From the sequence record SRR20825006_1429: a stretch of 38,933 nucleotides of DNA; one strand, 5' to 3'. How positions within the stretch are numbered: position 1 is the first letter of the stretch; every line of letters begins with the position of its first letter. Under the pieces are notes generated by a model. It was not told the origin of the DNA and ran no database searches. It saw nothing but the letters and a program-made list of their open reading frames with translations. The position numbers were made by a program, and so were the translations under genes. Shown here piece after piece: positions 9,360 to 18,157 of this stretch.

Positions 9360-11418
9360 CGGATTGCTCCACGAGGCTAAGGTGAATGTTCAGATGGGCG
9401 TCGACGTGGGCACGGGCACCCGGCGGCACGGCAAAGGTCGTGTCCTCCTGCGCCACAATCGCGGGGCCGTCGAACACCGCACCGCCGCCCAGTTGGGCGC
9501 GGTCATAGATCGGCACATCACGCCAGCCGTTGATCCAGACCGGCACATGACGGTCCGCCGTGGCCTGTTCTTGCGTGGCTTGCGACACCGGGAACGTGGG
9601 CTTTGGCGCGCCCCCGAGTGCGGAAAGGCGCAGGTTGACCAGTTCGACCTTTCCGTCGGGGTCTTCAAAGTCGTAGATGCGTTTGTGGGTTTGGTGAAAG
9701 GCCGCCGCGATCTGGTCGGCCGAGCCCAGCCAGTCGGGGGACAACGCCACCTCGATTTCGAAACTTTGGCCTGCGTAGCGCATGTCTGCGGACAATCGCA
9801 GATCGGCGGTGCCCTCAAAACCCTGAGCGTCCAGCCATGCGCGGCCTTCGTCCGCCAGCGCGGCAAAGTCCTGTTTGAGCTGCGGCAGCGTCGCCGCCTC
9901 AAGCGGGGCATAGACCGTGCGGATGAAATCGCCGCGCAGGTCAGCCACCAGCCCGCCCAGCGCCGACACCACACCGGGGCGGCGCGGCGCGATCACGCGG
10001 GACATACCCAGTTCCTGGGCCAGAAACGCGCCCAGCATCGGGCCGCCGCCGCCAAAGGGCATCAGGGCAAAGTCCCGCAGGTCGACGCCCGCGCGCGAAC
10101 ACAGTTTTTCCACCTCGACGAACATTTCGGACACGGCGATGTCGATGATCGCCTGCGCCGTTTCCTCGACGCTGCGGCCCAGTTGTTCGGCCAGCACACC
10201 CACGGCCTGACGCGCCAGATCGACGTTCATGCGCAACTGGCCATAGGCCATTTCGGAATGCCCCAGCCAGCCACACACCGCCAGCGCATCGGTCACCGTT
10301 GCATCGGTGCCGCCACGGCCATAGCAGGCCGGACCGGGGTTTGATCCCGCGGATTCAGGACCGACGCGCAACACGCCAAGTGCGCCCAGGGTGGCGATCG
10401 ACCCGCCGCCGATGCCGATCGAGCTGACAGAGACCGACGGGATGTGCAGCGGAAATTCTCCGACTTGTTCATCCGTGCCATATTGCACTTCGCCATCCAC
10501 GATCAGCGCAAAGTCCGCCGAGGTGCCGCCAATGTCCAGTGTCAGCACCCGCGCTTCGCCCGCCTGGCGTGCCAGCCACGACGCGCCGATAACACCCGAG
10601 GCGGTGCCGGACAGCAACATTGACACGCAGTCGCGCCGCCCCTGCCCCGCGCTCATCAACCCGCCGTTTGAACGTGTCAGCATAGCCTTGGCCGGAACGC
10701 CCTGAGCATCCAGACGGCTTTCCAGCGCGGTCAGATACCCCGCAACGCGCGGGTGCACATAGCCGTTCAGGATCGCGGTCGAGGTGCGTTCATATTCACG
10801 GATCACCGGCCAGACCTCGGAGGAGGTGAAAACGAACATTTCCGGCGTGGCTGCTTCGATCATCGCCTTGACCGCTGCCTCTTGGGTGGTGTCGCGCCAA
10901 CTGTGCAAAAGGGCCACGATCACGCCATCCGCACCGGCTGCCTGCGCCTGACGCGCGGCGTCTGCGACCGAGGCGGCGTCGGGCGCCAGTGCTTCGGACC
11001 CGTCGGCGCGCATCCGCACCGGCACGCCGAACACCATGTCGCGGCCAATCAGCGGATCGGGCCGGTGGCAGAACAGCGAATACATATCCGGCATCCGCAA
11101 CCGCGCCAGTTCGATCACGTCTTCGAAACCTGCATTGGTGATCAGTGCCAGTTTGGCCCCCTTGCGCTGGATGATCGTGTTGATCCCGACCGTGGTGCCA
11201 TGCACGAACCGCGTGACATATGCCGGGTCCAGCCCCTCGCGTTCGGCCAGCAGGCGCAAACCGTCCAACAGTTCGGCCCCCGGATCATCAGGTGTCGTCA
11301 GCACCTTGAGCGATGCAACGCGGCCTGACACGGTTTCAAGCGCGCAGAAATCCATGAAAGTACCGCCAATATCGACCCCGATCTTCCAATCGGGTTTGGG
11401 CTGTGTTGCGCCATCCAT
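9352..11418 (-). CDS. Hydantoinase A / 5-oxoprolinase family ATP-binding subunit
   Basis: IGVDIGGTFMD, HGTTVGIN, REYERTST, DIGGTSAD, GPESAGSNPGPACYGRGG and DMRYAGQSFE; SD AAAGGA. Confidence 0.92.
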   Translation of the reverse strand: MDGATQPKPDWKIGVDIGGTFMDFCALETVSGRVASLKVLTTPDDPGAELLDGLRLLAEREGLDPAYVTRFVHGTTVGINTIIQRKGAKLALITNAGFEDVIELARLRMPDMYSLFCHRPDPLIGRDMVFGVPVRMRADGSEALAPDAASVADAARQAQAAGADGVIVALLHSWRDTTQEAAVKAMIEAATPEMFVFTSSEVWPVIREYERTSTAILNGYVHPRVAGYLTALESRLDAQGVPAKAMLTRSNGGLMSAGQGRRDCVSMLLSGTASGVIGASWLARQAGEARVLTLDIGGTSADFALIVDGEVQYGTDEQVGEFPLHIPSVSVSSIGIGGGSIATLGALGVLRVGPESAGSNPGPACYGRGGTDATVTDALAVCGWLGHSEMAYGQLRMNVDLARQAVGVLAEQLGRSVEETAQAIIDIAVSEMFVEVEKLCSRAGVDLRDFALMPFGGGGPMLGAFLAQELGMSRVIAPRRPGVVSALGGLVADLRGDFIRTVYAPLEAATLPQLKQDFAALADEGRAWLDAQGFEGTADLRLSADMRYAGQSFEIEVALSPDWLGSADQIAAAFHQTHKRIYDFEDPDGKVELVNLRLSALGGAPKPTFPVSQATQEQATADRHVPVWINGWRDVPIYDRAQLGGGAVFDGPAIVAQEDTTFAVPPGARAHVDAHLNIHLSLVEQSDV

Positions 11419-11504
11419 AATAACGTCCTTTCGTCAGGTTCGATGCGTTCCCGCTCAAACCATCAGAAAGTGCGGCAGGGGTCCAAGACCTATGCAGGGG
11501 CAGA

Positions 11505-11523
11505 CCATAAGTCGAACTTATGG
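11505..11523. promoter_or_regulatory. LysR-type operator upstream of the hydantoinase operon
   Basis: Palindrome CCATAAGT-CGA-ACTTATGG containing T-N11-A; 18/19 identical to the inverted copy at 12422-12440. Confidence 0.8.
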
Positions 11524-12414
11524 CTACGGGATCAACCGCTCGGCGCAAAGCTTGCGAATCTCGTCGCGCATCCCTTCTTCGGCACGCGACAGGGTTTTGC
11601 CCGCCAGCGTCAGCAGGGACAAAGGCAGCTTTGGACTGTCTTGCAGCGGACGGGTGGTGACGCCCTGAAACTGGTGCCAGGGCATCAGAGCATCGACCAC
11701 TGCAACGCCCAACCCAGCCTGAACGAAACCCACCGCGGAAATGGACACCTCGATCTCGAGCTGGGCAGAAAAGTCCAGCCCCTGCGCCCGCGCGGCCTTG
11801 TCCAACTCGACCCTTGGACGGGTCGGGCTACGATAGGAGATAACCGTTTCCGCTTGCAGGTCCTCAAAGGACACGGTGTCCTGGTCGACCAGTTGATGGT
11901 CATTGGGCAGCAGACAGCAAAAGGTGGTGACGCCCAGACGTTCGACCATGATGTCGGGTGTCATCTGGTCGTCCATCGCCATCGCAAAGGCCGCATCGCC
12001 CGCGCGCAACAACGCGATCAGCGACGTGATGGGAGCCACGTGCGAGCGCAGCAGAACGTCAGGATATCCGGCACGGTAGCGGGCCAGAATATCGGGCAGC
12101 AACGCCATCGCAGGCGGCACCGACGCGGCGACCCGCACCACCCCCGCCCGTCCCAGTCGCAAGTCCTGCGTCTTGCGCCGCAGCCCCTCGAGACCTGCAA
12201 ACAGCCGTTCAGCCTCGGCGTGGATTTCCAGCGCCTCGGCGGTGGGTCGCAGCCGACCCTTTTCGCGGTCGAACAGCTTGAACCCCAGTTCGTCCTCGCA
12301 ATGCAGCAAGATCTGACTGAGCGCAGGCTGTGAGATGTTCAGCGACTGCGCCGCCCCTGTCACCGTTCCCACCCGCATCACGGCGGTGAACACTTCAAGC
12401 TGTCGTGCGCGCAT
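11524..12414 (-). CDS. LysR family transcriptional regulator
   Basis: N-terminal HTH RQLEVFTAVM..GTVTGAAQSLNISQPALSQ..LGFKLFDR; 296 aa. Confidence 0.94.
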   Translation of the reverse strand: MRARQLEVFTAVMRVGTVTGAAQSLNISQPALSQILLHCEDELGFKLFDREKGRLRPTAEALEIHAEAERLFAGLEGLRRKTQDLRLGRAGVVRVAASVPPAMALLPDILARYRAGYPDVLLRSHVAPITSLIALLRAGDAAFAMAMDDQMTPDIMVERLGVTTFCCLLPNDHQLVDQDTVSFEDLQAETVISYRSPTRPRVELDKAARAQGLDFSAQLEIEVSISAVGFVQAGLGVAVVDALMPWHQFQGVTTRPLQDSPKLPLSLLTLAGKTLSRAEEGMRDEIRKLCAERLIP

Positions 12415-12421
12415 GGCACCC

Positions 12422-12440
12422 CCATAAGTTCGACTTATGA
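12422..12440. promoter_or_regulatory. LysR-type operator in the LysR/oxidoreductase divergent region
   Basis: CCATAAGTTCGACTTATGA, 7 nt upstream of the LysR ATG; inverted copy of 11505-11523. Confidence 0.8.
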
Positions 12441-12520
12441 CCTATATCATATCCGGTCTTTGACGTGGAGCCACCCTTTGCGGTCTGATGCTGGCAACAA
12501 ATCACGCAAGGGGGCAAGCT

Positions 12521-13627
12521 GTGGATGTGATCGTTTTGGGCGGGGGATTGATGGGCACAAGTGCCGCGTTTTTCCTGGCCCGTCGCGGCATCGCTGTCAC
12601 GCTGATTGACCCCAACTCCATTGGTGCCGGGGCCACCACCGCGTCCTTTGGCAATATCCGGCGTACGGGGCGCTATCTGCCGCAACTGCCGCTGGCCCAC
12701 CGGTCGCGGGCGCTGTGGGCGCAAACCGAAACATTGCTGGGCCGCGATGTCGAGTTTCGCGCCACAGGCCATGTGCGCCTGATCTTTGACGAAGAAAGCC
12801 GCGCCGACATGCGCCGTTTTGCCGATGCCGCCGCGCCTTGGGGGCTGACGCTGGAAGAGCTGAACGCCACAGAGTTGCGCCGCCGCTTTCCGGGTTTGGG
12901 CGCGGACGCCATCGGCGCGTCGTTCTCGCCGCAGGACGGGTCGGCCAATCCGCGGCTTGTTGCACCCGCCTTTGCCGACGCCGCTGCGCGGTTGGGGGTG
13001 AATGTTCTGCCCCACACCAAGGTGCAGGCGATCACCACCACCGATAGCGGCTTTGCCGTGCAGACCAGCCGTGGCACATTGGAAAGCGCGCAGTTGCTGA
13101 ACTGTGCCGGCGCATGGGGCAAGGCGATTGCCGCGCAGTTCGGCGAAGACGTGCCGTTGACCATGCATGGCCCGCAAATGGGCGTGACCGAACCGCTGCC
13201 CCACCGCATCCTGCCGGTTGTCGGCATGTGGTCGCAAGAGGTTGGCGCCTATCTGCGACAGGTCGAACGCGGCAATGTCGTCTTTGGCGGCGGCGTCGCC
13301 CGCACACCGGTGAACCCCGACACCGGCCATGCCACGGCCGATCCCACCCGCTTGGCGCAGCAGTTGCGCACTGTGGTGCGCTTGGTGCCGTCCTTGCGCG
13401 ATGTTGCGGTGATCCGACAGTGGTCGGGCTGCGAAGGCTATCTGGCCGATGACCTGCCCGTCATGGGGCCGTCGGGCACCACGCCCGGATTGTTCCACGC
13501 GTTTGGGTTTTGCGGCCACGGGTTCCAATTGGGCCCCGGCGTGGGTGACGCCATGGCCGAGCTGATCGCGACCGGCAGCTGCGATACGCCGCTGACCCAT
13601 TTCGACATCAAACGGTTTGCGGCATGA
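12521..13627 (+). CDS. FAD-dependent oxidoreductase, DAO family (opine oxidase subunit B / HcnC-like)
   Basis: DVIVLGGGLMG, GATTASFGNIR, DGSANPRL, NCAGAW, WSGCEGYLADDLPV and GFCGHGFQLGP. Start is GTG 12521 or ATG 12488. Confidence 0.85.
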   Translation: MDVIVLGGGLMGTSAAFFLARRGIAVTLIDPNSIGAGATTASFGNIRRTGRYLPQLPLAHRSRALWAQTETLLGRDVEFRATGHVRLIFDEESRADMRRFADAAAPWGLTLEELNATELRRRFPGLGADAIGASFSPQDGSANPRLVAPAFADAAARLGVNVLPHTKVQAITTTDSGFAVQTSRGTLESAQLLNCAGAWGKAIAAQFGEDVPLTMHGPQMGVTEPLPHRILPVVGMWSQEVGAYLRQVERGNVVFGGGVARTPVNPDTGHATADPTRLAQQLRTVVRLVPSLRDVAVIRQWSGCEGYLADDLPVMGPSGTTPGLFHAFGFCGHGFQLGPGVGDAMAELIATGSCDTPLTHFDIKRFAA

Positions 13628-13629
13628 GG

Positions 13630-14955
13630 TCAGAATTTCGAAACCTTGCCCCATTGCGACTGGTCAAACCGGTTCAGCTTGTACTGGGCGGTTTCGGTGA
13701 TCGGCTGGCGGTTCAGCACCAGATCAGCAACCAGATGCCCCACCCCCGGACCGATGCCAAAGCCGTGGCCCGACAGGCCCGCCGCCAGCGTCAGCCCCGG
13801 CACGCCGATGTCGGGATCGATCACCGGCACTCCGTCGGGGGTGCTGTCGATGTAACCCGCCCAGCTTTGACGCATCCCGATATCCTTCAATGCAGGCAAC
13901 AAGGCACGGGCGCGGCGCAAGGCTTCGTCCACATGTGCCTTGGACGGGCGCGGGTCCAGAATACGGGTGCGTTCCATCGGGGTCTGCTGATCCAGAGCCC
14001 AGATCGCGCGGGTCTCGAATGCTGCCTTCCACGCCTGCAGGCCACCGGGCGACAGGGACTTCCAGCGTTTGGCAAACATCGGCAGGAAATGTTTGGCGCC
14101 TGCGATCATCCGCAGCGTCGGATCGAAATGGCTGCGGCCCGACACGGCCACCGTATAGCCGCCGTCGCGTCGGCGCGTGACCGACGCTGTCGCCGTGTGC
14201 AGCGCATCGGGCAAATCCTTGGGCACCGGGTTCAGCGAGAGGATCGAGCTACGGACAGAGGCCTGAGGGAAGAAAATGCCCGACTGGTGCAGAAAGCTGC
14301 CCGCCCATGCGCCGCCCGACAGCACCACATTCGATGTCTTGATCGTGCCGCGTTCGGTCACAACCGCCGACACCGCCCCCGCGCTGGTTTCGATCCCGCG
14401 CGCGGCGCAATTCTGAACCACTGTCGCACCGTGCTTGATGGCCCCTTGGGCGATCAGCGGTGCGGCGCGCGACGGGTCGGCAATGCCGTCGGTCGGAGAC
14501 CAGACACCGCCCAGCCACGACTGGCCCGTCGCAGCCCCGCGCGCCGTCGCCTCGGTGCGGTCCAGCATACGCGTGTCCACGCCTTCACCGCGCGCGAAGC
14601 GGCCCCAGTTGGCCCAACCGTCCAGTTCGGACTGGTCATTGGACAGATACAGCAAGCCACAGCGCCGAAAGCCCAGATCATCGCCAATGTCTTCGGCCAT
14701 CTCCTCCCACAGCGCGAGGCTTTTGGTCGACAGCGGCAATTCCCGCGCATCGCGGTTTTGCTGGCGGCACCAGCCCCAGTTGCGGCTGGATTGTTCGGCC
14801 CCGACACGCCCCTTTTCCAGCAACACCACACGCAGTCCGGCGCGCGACAACCAATAGGCGGCACTGACCCCGACAATGCCGGCGCCGATCACCACACAAT
14901 CGGCATGTTCGGGCAAAGTTTCGTGTGTTTCTATGTGCATCAAGGGCGCAGGCAT
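13630..14955 (-). CDS. FAD-dependent oxidoreductase, D-amino acid oxidase family (AgaE-like)
   Basis: VIGAGIVG, EKGRVGAEQSSRNWGWCRQ, WAGYIDSTPD and GLSGHGFGIGPG. Start ATG 14955 (MPAPL) with GGAG SD. Confidence 0.87.
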   Translation of the reverse strand: MPAPLMHIETHETLPEHADCVVIGAGIVGVSAAYWLSRAGLRVVLLEKGRVGAEQSSRNWGWCRQQNRDARELPLSTKSLALWEEMAEDIGDDLGFRRCGLLYLSNDQSELDGWANWGRFARGEGVDTRMLDRTEATARGAATGQSWLGGVWSPTDGIADPSRAAPLIAQGAIKHGATVVQNCAARGIETSAGAVSAVVTERGTIKTSNVVLSGGAWAGSFLHQSGIFFPQASVRSSILSLNPVPKDLPDALHTATASVTRRRDGGYTVAVSGRSHFDPTLRMIAGAKHFLPMFAKRWKSLSPGGLQAWKAAFETRAIWALDQQTPMERTRILDPRPSKAHVDEALRRARALLPALKDIGMRQSWAGYIDSTPDGVPVIDPDIGVPGLTLAAGLSGHGFGIGPGVGHLVADLVLNRQPITETAQYKLNRFDQSQWGKVSKF

Positions 14956-15115
14956 GAAGTTCTCCGATTTGTTGCCAAAACTTACGCCACCCTGTTCAAC
15001 CACTTGTGCCGGATGTCGCCCTGCAAACAGCATTTCATATCGAATGCAGTTGACTATAAAGGGTGGCTGACGTTCACAAGGGGATACATGGCGTGCAGAC
15101 TCCGAAGGATAGCAG

Positions 15116-15610
15116 ATGACAACCCGTTATAAGCTGGACCGGATCGACCTGAAGATTCTGGCCGAGCTTCAGCGCAATGGACGTATCACGAATGTCGAGC
15201 TGGCCGATCTGGTCAGCCTGTCGCCATCGCCTTGCCTGATGCGCGTCAAAAAGCTGCAAAAGGCCGGTTACATTGTCGGATACGCCGCCCAGATCGACGT
15301 GGCCAAGCTGGGCGATACGCTGACGGTGTTCACCGAATTCACCCTGACCAACCATCGCCAGATCGACTTTGCCCGGTTTCAGGAAGCGTTGGAAAAAGTC
15401 CCGTCCTGTGTGGAATGTCACCTGGTATCAGGTGGTTACGACTATCTGGCGAAATTTGTCACGTCGTCCATCGCAGACTATCAGAACGTCATCGAAGCCC
15501 TGATCGACCGCAGCGTCGGGATCGACAAATATTTCAGCTTTGTCGTGATGAAGACGCCCTTTGTCAAAACGCAACTGCCCCTGACGGATCTGTTCGAAGA
15601 CCGGATCTGA
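15116..15610 (+). CDS. Lrp/AsnC family transcriptional regulator
   Basis: LDRIDLKILAELQRNGRITNVELADLVSLSPSPCLMRVKKL; ECHLVSGGYDY. Confidence 0.95.
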   Translation: MTTRYKLDRIDLKILAELQRNGRITNVELADLVSLSPSPCLMRVKKLQKAGYIVGYAAQIDVAKLGDTLTVFTEFTLTNHRQIDFARFQEALEKVPSCVECHLVSGGYDYLAKFVTSSIADYQNVIEALIDRSVGIDKYFSFVVMKTPFVKTQLPLTDLFEDRI

Positions 15611-15615
15611 CCGCA

Positions 15616-17295
15616 TCAACGATCAGAAAACTGCGCGATCAGTTCCGGGTCCTGTTCCAGTGACGCCAGCCAGCCGGTGTCGAGCTTGGGGATCGAAGAG
15701 ATCAACAACCGCGAATAGGGATGTGTGGCGCATTCTGACATCTTGCTGGCGGGGAGTGCTTCGACGACCACGCCCTTGTGCATCACCAGAACATCATCGC
15801 AAATCGCCTCGACCGTGGACAGGTCGTGGCTGATGAACATGTAGCTGAGGCCCAGCTCGCTTTGCAGTTCCTTGAGCAGTTCGAGGATGGCTGCCGCGAC
15901 GACGGTATCCAGCGCAGACGTGATTTCGTCACAAAGGATCAGCTCGGGTTCGGCAGCAAGCGCACGCGCGAGGTTCACCCGTTGCTTTTGCCCGCCGGAC
16001 AATTCGCTGGGCAAGCGGTGGCGCATGTTGGCAGGAAGGTGGACCATGTCCAGCAGTTCGATCACCCGCGCGTCACGTTCCTTGCCGCGCAGACCCTTGT
16101 AGAACGTCAGCGGCCGGCCAATGATATTGGCGATGGAATGTCCGGGGTTCAGCGCGGTATCAGCCAGCTGGAAAACAATCTGGGTACGGCGCAGGTCTTC
16201 CTTGGACCGGCTTGCAAGATCGGGTTTCAATTCCCGACCGTCCACCAGGACACTGCCCTTGTAGGGCGGCAGGATGCCTGCAATCGCGCGGGCCAATGTC
16301 GATTTTCCAGAGCCGGATTCGCCGATCACCCCAAGATTGCGGCCCGGTTCCAGCTGGAAATTCACATCCTTCAGGATCTTCGTCGCCGGTTCACCGTTCC
16401 GGATCGGCCCATAGCCTGCGTGCAGGTTGGTTACCTCGAGTATCGGTTTTTTCTTGTCCGTTGCCGACAGCGGCTGCGGCGTGCGGCCTGCGGGTTCAAA
16501 GGCGGCCAGAAGCTCTTTGGTATAGGGGTTCTGAGGGGCGTTGAGTATCTGCTCGGACGTGCCGACCTCTTGCACCTCGCCGCCGCGCAACACGACGATG
16601 CGGTCCGCGATTTGCGCAACAACCGCCAGGTCGTGACTGACATAGACACCGGCACAGCCGCCTGCGGCCATCGCCGATTTGAAGGCGCGCAGCACCTCAA
16701 TCTGGGTGGTCACGTCGAGGGCTGTTGTCGGCTCGTCAAAGATCACCAGACGCGGATCACCGATCAGCGCCATTGCCGCCGACAGGCGCTGAAGCTGGCC
16801 ACCGGACACCTGATGCGGATAGCGGTCGCCAATTGTGTCGGGGTCGGGCAATGCCAGCGCACGGAACAGCTCCACCGCCTTGGCGCGGGCTTCGGCCTTT
16901 GGCATCAGTTTGTGGATCGTCGAAATCTCGATCACCTGATCCATGATCCGCTGCGACGGGTTGAACGCCGCCGCCGCCGATTGCGGCACATAAGAGACTT
17001 CGGTCCCGCGCATCGCCGCACGCTGGCGGGTGGTCATGGCGGTCACATCGTTGTCGCCCACGCGGATGCGTCCACCGTTGATCGAACAGCCGGGCCGCGT
17101 GTGCCCCATCAGCGAAAGTGCAATCGTCGTCTTGCCCGAACCGGATTCCCCGATCAGCGCCAGAATCTCCCCGGGCGCGATGTCGAAATCGACGCCCTTG
17201 ATGATCTCGACCTTGCGGTTCGCATCGGTGACCGCGCCGATCTTCAGATCGCGGACGCTGACAAGCGGTGTATCGTGGGGTGTCTGGGACATCAT
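15616..17295 (-). CDS. Dpp/Opp-type ABC transporter ATP-binding protein (two fused ATPase domains)
   Basis: GESGSGK twice; VSGGQLQR and LSGGQKQR signatures; FDEPT and CDEIT Walker B; SHDL twice. Confidence 0.95.
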   Translation of the reverse strand: MMSQTPHDTPLVSVRDLKIGAVTDANRKVEIIKGVDFDIAPGEILALIGESGSGKTTIALSLMGHTRPGCSINGGRIRVGDNDVTAMTTRQRAAMRGTEVSYVPQSAAAAFNPSQRIMDQVIEISTIHKLMPKAEARAKAVELFRALALPDPDTIGDRYPHQVSGGQLQRLSAAMALIGDPRLVIFDEPTTALDVTTQIEVLRAFKSAMAAGGCAGVYVSHDLAVVAQIADRIVVLRGGEVQEVGTSEQILNAPQNPYTKELLAAFEPAGRTPQPLSATDKKKPILEVTNLHAGYGPIRNGEPATKILKDVNFQLEPGRNLGVIGESGSGKSTLARAIAGILPPYKGSVLVDGRELKPDLASRSKEDLRRTQIVFQLADTALNPGHSIANIIGRPLTFYKGLRGKERDARVIELLDMVHLPANMRHRLPSELSGGQKQRVNLARALAAEPELILCDEITSALDTVVAAAILELLKELQSELGLSYMFISHDLSTVEAICDDVLVMHKGVVVEALPASKMSECATHPYSRLLISSIPKLDTGWLASLEQDPELIAQFSDR

Positions 17296-18155
17296 TCGCT
17301 CCTGTCGCGGATACGGGTCGGCAGGTTGTCGATGAACATGTTCACCGAGATGGTCAGCGACGCGATGGCGATCGACGGAAATACGACCGCCGGCGCGCCA
17401 AGGCTGAGCCCTTCGATATTCTCGCGCACCAGCGCGCCCCAGTCGGCATTCGGCGGCTGCACGCCAAGGCCCAGAAACGACAGGCCCGACAACACCAGCA
17501 CGATAAAGACGAAACGCAGGCCAAGATCGGCCAGAACCGGCCCCAGGATGTTCGGAAAGATCTCGCGCAGGATAAGATAGGGCGTCGCCTCGCCGCGCGC
17601 CCGCGCCACGGTCACGAAATCCATGGTATTGATGTTCACCGCCAGCGCCCGCGCAAAACGGTAGGACCCAGGCATGTAGATCGCCGTCAGGGTCATGATC
17701 AGGATCGGGATGGACGAGCCGACCGCCGCCACGACCACCAGTCCGAACAGCAGCGAAGGAATACCGTTGAACGCATCCAGCAGCCGCGACAGGATCATGT
17801 CGAACCAGCCCCCGGCCACGGCTGCAATCATGCCCAGCAGAACCCCGATGGTGCAGGCCAGCGTCACGGCGGCCAGGGCGATGCCCACGGTATAGCGCGC
17901 GCCCATGATGATGCGTGAAAAGATGTCACGCCCCAGATAATCGGTGCCCATCCAGAATTCGGACGTGACCGGACCGAAATAGTCCCAATCCACAATCTCG
18001 CCCGGAGGATGCGGTGCCAGGAACGGCCCGGCAATGGCGACGATGGCCCAAAAGACGATCACCGCCAGCCCGACACGTCCAACCCAGTTGAAAACGAACT
18101 TGGGACCTTCGGGAGCCTTATCTTCGGACAAGGAGTGAGACACGGTATCGGTCAT
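17292..18155 (-). CDS. ABC transporter permease (DppC-like)
   Basis: MGTDYLGRDIFSR, FVTVARARGE and SFLGLGVQPPNADWG. Start placed at ATG 18155. Confidence 0.93.
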   Translation of the reverse strand: MTDTVSHSLSEDKAPEGPKFVFNWVGRVGLAVIVFWAIVAIAGPFLAPHPPGEIVDWDYFGPVTSEFWMGTDYLGRDIFSRIIMGARYTVGIALAAVTLACTIGVLLGMIAAVAGGWFDMILSRLLDAFNGIPSLLFGLVVVAAVGSSIPILIMTLTAIYMPGSYRFARALAVNINTMDFVTVARARGEATPYLILREIFPNILGPVLADLGLRFVFIVLVLSGLSFLGLGVQPPNADWGALVRENIEGLSLGAPAVVFPSIAIASLTISVNMFIDNLPTRIRDRSE

Positions 18156-18157
18156 GA

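Noticed and set aside
7404-9380. 658-aa plus-strand ORF
   Set aside because: Mirrors hydantoinase B on the opposite strand with no recognisable domain.
11505-12440. Inverted repeats flanking LysR as the ends of an IS or MITE
   Set aside because: No transposase and no target-site duplication; each repeat is itself a T-N11-A dyad followed by a spaced -35-like block, which fits operators better.
5693-13627. Hydrogen cyanide synthase (hcnABC) call
   Set aside because: Same protein families, but coupling to hydantoinase/oxoprolinase genes and the split gene order favour a catabolic opine/imino acid oxidase; not excluded without phylogeny.
11443-15132. Long ORFs 11443-12333 (+), 12395-13654 (-) and 13624-15132 (+)
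   Set aside because: Each is antisense to a well-supported gene (LysR, two DAO-family oxidoreductases).
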